A stretch of 2,789 nucleotides of DNA, taken from positions 1-2,789 of the IMG/VR virus record IMGVR_UViG_2778261350_000011; one strand, written 5' to 3'. A program made the position numbers and the translations under genes. The notes beneath the pieces were generated by a model, which was given only the letters and a program-made list of their open reading frames with translations, did no database searches and was not told the origin of the DNA. Numbering within the stretch: the first letter of the stretch is position 1; the number at the start of each line of letters is the position of its first letter. This DNA comes from a virus. Lineage: Duplodnaviria > Heunggongvirae > Uroviricota > Caudoviricetes. This document shows positions 1-2,789 of this stretch, one piece after another.

Positions 1-201
1 TTACCCATTGGCGCGGCTTAAGAGCTTATTTTTGAATTCACAATGGTCACGATATAACCATCTTGCTCGCCCGTGGATAACTTTGGCTTTTGGCAGGTCG
101 CCGGACTTAATCCGGTCATAGATGAAGGTTTTACCAAAGCCAGTATCAGCCATGATGAATTTCAAATCAACCAGTGAATCAGGCTGTAGTTCGTGTTGCA
201 T
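1..201 (-). CDS. xis: Excisionase-like small DNA-binding protein (AlpA/Xis family, winged-helix type), 66 aa
   Basis: Complete ORF on minus strand: ATG at 199-201, TAA at 1-3. AGGAG at 211-215 (minus) lies 9 nt upstream of the ATG. The segment TFIYDRIKSGDLPKAKVIHGRARWLYRDHCEF fits the AlpA/Xis pattern (T-IY-W-like helix, then G-FP-P-K-G, then R-W). It is the last gene of the leftward array, where lambda-type prophages place xis ahead of int. Family call is from memory and position only. Confidence 0.6.
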   Translation of the reverse strand: MQHELQPDSLVDLKFIMADTGFGKTFIYDRIKSGDLPKAKVIHGRARWLYRDHCEFKNKLLSRANG

Positions 202-243
202 GAGTGCTATCTCCTAATAGGGAATCGAACCTGCAAATCAGGC

Positions 244-270
244 AATAAAAAACCGCCATCAGGCGGCTTG
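244..270 (-). terminator. Rho-independent terminator on minus strand
   Basis: Minus-strand transcript reads aaGCCGCC-tgat-GGCGGtt followed by UUUUUUAUU. The GC stem is 253-257 paired with 262-266, extendable by G.U and A.U pairs; the U-tract is 246-252. The hairpin overlaps the TGA stop (259-261) of the upstream small ORF and sits just upstream of the xis-like gene. Confidence 0.55.
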
Positions 271-426
271 GTGTTCTTTCAGTTCTTCAATTCGAATATT
301 GGTTACGTCTGCATGTGCTATCTGTGCCCATAGCATCCAGTGGTCATAGCAGTCGTTGATGTTCTCTGTTTCGATAACTCTGTTGAATGGCTCTCCATTC
401 CATTCTCCTATAACTCGGAAGTGCAT
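259..426 (-). CDS. Hypothetical small acidic protein (55 aa from ATG at 424-426; 60 aa if the TTG at 439-441 in the ORF track is used)
   Basis: Minus-strand ORF ending TGA at 259-261. The ORF track start at 441 is TTG with no upstream SD. The in-frame ATG at 424-426 has GGAGA (435-439, minus) 8 nt upstream, so the ATG start is preferred. No recognisable domain (MHFRVIGEWNGEPFNRVIETENINDCYDHW...). Confidence 0.5.
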   Translation of the reverse strand: MHFRVIGEWNGEPFNRVIETENINDCYDHWMLWAQIAHADVTNIRIEELKEHQAA

Positions 427-461
427 TCGTGATTTCTCCAAAAGATGCTTGAGTGCGCTTC

Positions 462-773
462 TTATTCGATTCGCACACCTGGTATTTCGCCTTTTGAAAT
501 GGCTAAGTCATAAATTTGCGCAGCACTATACCCATCTCGCATCCATGAATCTAAGGCGCGAACAGCCTCGCTACGCTTTTTATCTTCTCTCTCATTTTTG
601 ATATCAACGAGGACATCAACGCAATTAAGGCATATGTGGATTTTGTCCTTACATTCGATCATGGCGGCTTTACCATGATTTCCGCCACACAGTGAGCATA
701 AATCTTCAGGGTCTGGCTGGTATTTCTGTAACGTTAGAGGGTTGAATGTTGAACAGGCCATAATCATCTCCAT
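462..773 (-). CDS. Hypothetical protein with C4 zinc-ribbon (C-x2-C-x18-C-x2-C), 103 aa (99 aa if started at ATG 759-761)
   Basis: Minus-strand ORF with TAA at 462-464. Three in-frame ATGs at 771-773, 765-767 and 759-761; only the third has well-spaced SD (GGAG then 6 nt). Cys26/Cys29 and Cys48/Cys51 (nt about 621-698) form a classic four-Cys zinc-ribbon spacing, followed by a charged helical-looking C-terminus. Function unknown. Confidence 0.65.
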   Translation of the reverse strand: MEMIMACSTFNPLTLQKYQPDPEDLCSLCGGNHGKAAMIECKDKIHICLNCVDVLVDIKNEREDKKRSEAVRALDSWMRDGYSAAQIYDLAISKGEIPGVRIE

Positions 774-800
774 AAAACAAAACCCGCCGTAGCGAGTTCA

Positions 801-828
801 GATAAAAGAAATCCCCGCGAATGCGAGG
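801..828 (-). terminator. Putative intrinsic terminator on minus strand (tL-like) between the ASCH gene and the zinc-ribbon gene
   Basis: Minus-strand RNA reads CCUCGC-auuc-GCGGGG (813-828), a 6-bp stem with one G.U pair, followed by AUUUCUUUUAUC (801-812). On the plus strand the same stem has a C-A mismatch, so the structure favours the minus-strand transcript. It begins 4 nt after the TAA (833-835) of the upstream gene. Confidence 0.5.
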
Positions 829-832
829 ATTG

Positions 833-1117
833 TTATTCATTGCTGATATTCACCTTTATCGCGTATACCTTTACCGGTTTATCGCCGAAGTGGGGATGTG
901 TGATTGTCTTGATTTCATATCCGTCATACGGGACATCAATTCTGCGACTGAAGTCGTCGCGCTTCGGATATCCCTTTGTGATAATCAGGCGGTCATACTT
1001 ACGGTTAACGAGGCGCTTTTTCCAGTAGTCATTACACAGGCGATACTCTTCCGTTTTCTCTCCGCGAATCATGGCATCGAAGTATTCACCTTTAACGGCA
1101 AGTTGCAGGTTAGCCAC
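833..1117 (-). CDS. ASCH/PUA-like domain protein, 94 aa
   Basis: Minus-strand ORF with GTG start at 1115-1117 preceded by a perfect AGGAGG (1124-1129, minus) and 6-nt spacer; TAA at 833-835. The start overlaps the upstream gene's stop by 8 nt (GTGGCTAA). LAVKGEYFDAMIRGEKTEEYR ... YDRLIITKGY ... GYEIK ... VKVYAIKV matches the ASCH (PUA-like beta-barrel) pattern as I recall it; not verified by search. Confidence 0.7.
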   Translation of the reverse strand: MANLQLAVKGEYFDAMIRGEKTEEYRLCNDYWKKRLVNRKYDRLIITKGYPKRDDFSRRIDVPYDGYEIKTITHPHFGDKPVKVYAIKVNISNE

Positions 1118-1508
1118 GGTTAACCTCCTGCCTCGGTTCTACTGCAAAATACGCAATACCTTTATCCCAGATGGATTTTATGGTCGTCCACGTGACTGGT
1201 ACTTTAATTTCAATCCGCCCGCTACCGTCACAGGTATCGCAATCATCATCGCCAAAACATTCCGGGCAGCTTATAAACGTCGTTTCTGAAAATTCACCGG
1301 ATAGCACACCCTTAGCGCCGTTCTCAGCGGTTAGTTTCTTCGGCACTATAACCCAACCATCCGGAATTACCGGAGAGTTGCCAGCATTGCGCATGGCAAT
1401 CTCCACGATTTCAACCATATCTCCTGGCGGAATTTTGCAATGCTGACCAAAGCGCCTCTGCTGCCTGGCATACTCGAGGATGTGCTCCAGCTTGGTACTA
1501 TTAATCAT
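1110..1508 (-). CDS. Hypothetical protein with DnaJ-type cysteine-rich zinc-finger motif (CxxCxGxx-x-CxxCxGxG), 132 aa
   Basis: Minus-strand ORF: ATG at 1506-1508, TAA at 1110-1112. GGGAGA sits 6 nt upstream of the ATG. The ATG overlaps the TGA of the upstream gene (ATGA, 1505-1508). Residues 81-97, CPECFGDDDCDTCDGSG (nt 1218-1268), form a tandem CxxCxG zinc knuckle like the DnaJ cysteine-rich repeat. The N-terminal half has PDGWVIVPKK, which resembles motifs common in enterobacterial prophage proteins. Confidence 0.7.
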   Translation of the reverse strand: MINSTKLEHILEYARQQRRFGQHCKIPPGDMVEIVEIAMRNAGNSPVIPDGWVIVPKKLTAENGAKGVLSGEFSETTFISCPECFGDDDCDTCDGSGRIEIKVPVTWTTIKSIWDKGIAYFAVEPRQEVNRG

Positions 1509-1858
1509 GATTTATCTCCCTTAAGCATTGCGGCGCGGCAGGCGTTCCAGCCTTCATCAAAGCCGACTATGCCATTATTTAAAGACGGACGAGCATCTGG
1601 CACCACCGGCACTGGCTTGGCTATGTATAGCGGCTGAACATACCAGCCCTTTGATAACCAACTGTCAGCAATGTTTTTACTCCTCGTTATTGCCGGAATA
1701 CCCAAGCCATTGTCTGAATGCAGCCATGCCATCGGTTCTGCTTCCAGCGAGGCTAACGCTATTTCATAAGCCCGGCGCTCAATATTGTCTCGGACGTCCA
1801 GGCTGCCTATACGCTCTTTGATTTCTTTAATCAGTTCTTTGTCGGTGAACGTTGTCAT
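1505..1858 (-). CDS. Hypothetical phage protein, 117 aa
   Basis: Minus-strand ORF: ATG at 1856-1858 with GAGGA 7 nt upstream; TGA at 1505-1507 overlapping the next gene's ATG. Only 3 nt separate it from the stop of the upstream gene (1862). The C-terminal EGWNACRAAML-type motif recalls prophage proteins of unknown function; no confident domain call. Confidence 0.7.
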   Translation of the reverse strand: MTTFTDKELIKEIKERIGSLDVRDNIERRAYEIALASLEAEPMAWLHSDNGLGIPAITRSKNIADSWLSKGWYVQPLYIAKPVPVVPDARPSLNNGIVGFDEGWNACRAAMLKGDKS

Positions 1859-1861
1859 GTG

Positions 1862-2149
1862 TTAGTCCTCATCCACTTCAACCCCATCTTTCAGCGTGAT
1901 GCCGTGCCAATCATCAGCCCAACTGGTTAGCCCTGGCGCATCAATGCTAGGCATATAGACGCTTGCAGTGTGGTAGCCCTTATCGTTATCAATGCTGGCA
2001 ACGTGCTCGCCGTTGTATGCGCTCAGCGTGTCCAGGACGCTATAAAACTTTCCTCCGGCTGCCCTGAAATCCTTTACAGCCTTCACAAGGCGATTCCACG
2101 CTTTTTCCTGTTCTGGCGTCAGGTCGATTAATTCCTGCAAAGTTGCCAC
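1862..2149 (-). CDS. Hypothetical small acidic protein, 95 aa
   Basis: Minus-strand ORF with GTG start at 2147-2149 preceded by AAGGAGAG (about 5-6 nt spacer) lying in the last codons of the upstream gene; TAA at 1862-1864. One nucleotide separates the upstream TGA (2151-2153) from this GTG. Direct count gives 17 Asp/Glu against 8 Lys/Arg, with a DGVEVDED tail. Confidence 0.65.
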   Translation of the reverse strand: MATLQELIDLTPEQEKAWNRLVKAVKDFRAAGGKFYSVLDTLSAYNGEHVASIDNDKGYHTASVYMPSIDAPGLTSWADDWHGITLKDGVEVDED

Positions 2150-2150
2150 A

Positions 2151-2789
2151 TCACTCTCCTTTCCCCTGAAGCATGGCGTTGCTCCGCTCTATACCATCCA
2201 GCGCGATTCGCAGTGCCTGAATTGTGGTAATGCTATCGTTTGGGGCTATTCCATATCGCTCGAATACAGCGATATGACCGCGCATAATCTCAGGCGTAAG
2301 CTCTTTGTAAGCATAAGCAAGCGACCCTGATGCATTATCCGGCACTACTGGCGATGGCTGTTTAGCTTCTAAATCAGCAATTCTGTCAACCACGGCATCG
2401 ACGGCATCTGAAAAACTGAAACAGTTACTCCACTCCGGCCTATCCCCGGTTGCTGCAAAATACATATCAGATAAAGCAGACTCAGCATTGTCACGCTCAT
2501 TGATGAGTTGCTCTTCGCTTTCCTCCAGCTCTGCAATGCGTTTGCTTTGGGCTTCTCGTTCATCCAACAGCGCCTGCGCTACTTCAGGGTTGAAAGCTGC
2601 GATATAACGAGCGTTGTTCTCTGCGTTTTTCTGTCCATCAAAGCCGGTCCATTTGATGACGTCTTCACATCGTTCATCACCGGGCGTGTGCACCGCATAA
2701 GTACCAGTATCCGTCGAAATAAATGCGACCCATTCGCCTGGTGTTGCCTTTTCTGCCGCCTCACGCAGTACCTGATAGTCAATTGTCAT
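2151..2789 (-). CDS. Ead/Ea22-like family protein (conserved N-terminal domain, central coiled-coil, variable C-terminal domain), 212 aa
   Basis: Minus-strand ORF: ATG exactly at the window edge (2787-2789), TGA at 2151-2153. The N-terminus (LREAAEKATPGEW ... NARYIAAFNPEVAQALLDE) followed by a Glu/Leu-rich heptad-like stretch (RIAELEESEEQLINERD) matches my recollection of the Ead/Ea22-like family of lambdoid early-left genes. The upstream region is outside the window, so the true start and promoter cannot be judged. Confidence 0.72.
   Translation of the reverse strand: MTIDYQVLREAAEKATPGEWVAFISTDTGTYAVHTPGDERCEDVIKWTGFDGQKNAENNARYIAAFNPEVAQALLDEREAQSKRIAELEESEEQLINERDNAESALSDMYFAATGDRPEWSNCFSFSDAVDAVVDRIADLEAKQPSPVVPDNASGSLAYAYKELTPEIMRGHIAVFERYGIAPNDSITTIQALRIALDGIERSNAMLQGKGE

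Noticed and set aside
221-231. tRNA T-loop-like motif GGTTCGATTCC on the minus strand, a possible tRNA fragment or att core
   Set aside because: The flanking bases do not form a T-stem (only 2 of 5 pairs) and there is no acceptor stem or CCA context. In lambdoid elements the att core lies beyond int, not between xis and the upstream gene. Most likely a chance match to a short common motif.
202-245. Possible sigma70 promoter for the xis-like gene downstream of the terminator
   Set aside because: Candidate hexamers on the minus strand (TTGCCT or TTGCAG with TATTAG) have spacers of 20 or 11 nt, not 16-18, so no acceptable -35/-10 pair could be assembled by eye.
356-601. Plus-strand ORF of 81 aa
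   Set aside because: It lies antisense across the 3' end of the zinc-ribbon gene and the small acidic gene, has no SD, and its product is low-complexity and hydrophobic or basic. It is most likely a shadow ORF.
259-773. Toxin-antitoxin pair formed by the zinc-ribbon and small acidic genes
   Set aside because: There is no recognisable toxin or antitoxin fold and the genes do not overlap. The idea is kept only as a low-weight hypothesis within the two-gene module finding.
821-1123. Plus-strand ORFs 821..1123 (100 aa) and 840..1028 (62 aa)
   Set aside because: They are almost exactly antisense to the ASCH gene (833..1117), which has a perfect AGGAGG SD and coupled start. The antisense frames are Leu/Ile/Phe-rich, as expected for shadow frames.
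1071-1821. Plus-strand ORFs 1071..1289, 1171..1446, 1440..1637 and 1528..1821
   Set aside because: All sit antisense inside minus-strand genes that have SD motifs and stop/start coupling. None has a credible ribosome-binding site, and their products are Ser/Pro/Leu-rich shadow translations.
2369-2782. Minus-strand nested ORFs 2369..2563 (64 aa) and 2579..2782 (67 aa)
   Set aside because: They are out-of-frame ORFs wholly inside the 212-aa Ea22-like gene; the longer frame, with its recognisable N-terminal motif, is preferred.
1-2789. CRISPR arrays, IS elements, inverted terminal repeats or long direct repeats
   Set aside because: No repeated units beyond short chance 7-mers (for example ATCAACG twice at about 603-622) were seen on either strand.

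Overview
The window reads as a single co-directional array of eight minus-strand genes, most likely the early-left accessory region of a lambdoid (lambda-like) enterobacterial prophage. It runs from an Ead/Ea22-like protein at the high-coordinate end (start codon at 2787-2789) to a small excisionase-like (AlpA/Xis family) DNA-binding protein at the low-coordinate end (stop at 1-3); an integrase would be expected just beyond position 1 but is not in the window. Between them lie six small ORFs: five of unknown function plus an ASCH/PUA-like protein. Two of the five carry cysteine zinc-binding motifs. Genes 2789 to 833 are packed with 1-3 nt gaps or overlapping stop/start codons and each has a Shine-Dalgarno motif, so they look translationally coupled. 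Two hairpin plus U-tract intrinsic terminators on the minus strand (about 801-828 and 246-267) split the array into three units. No rRNA, tRNA, CRISPR, IS element or long repeat is visible. All plus-strand ORFs in the track look like antisense shadows. Every product assignment is from motif recognition and gene order by eye; no database search was possible. The most interesting content is the set of small, uncharacterised, tightly coupled accessory genes, which is the sort of phage locus where anti-defence or host-takeover functions are found, but nothing in the sequence proves such a function.
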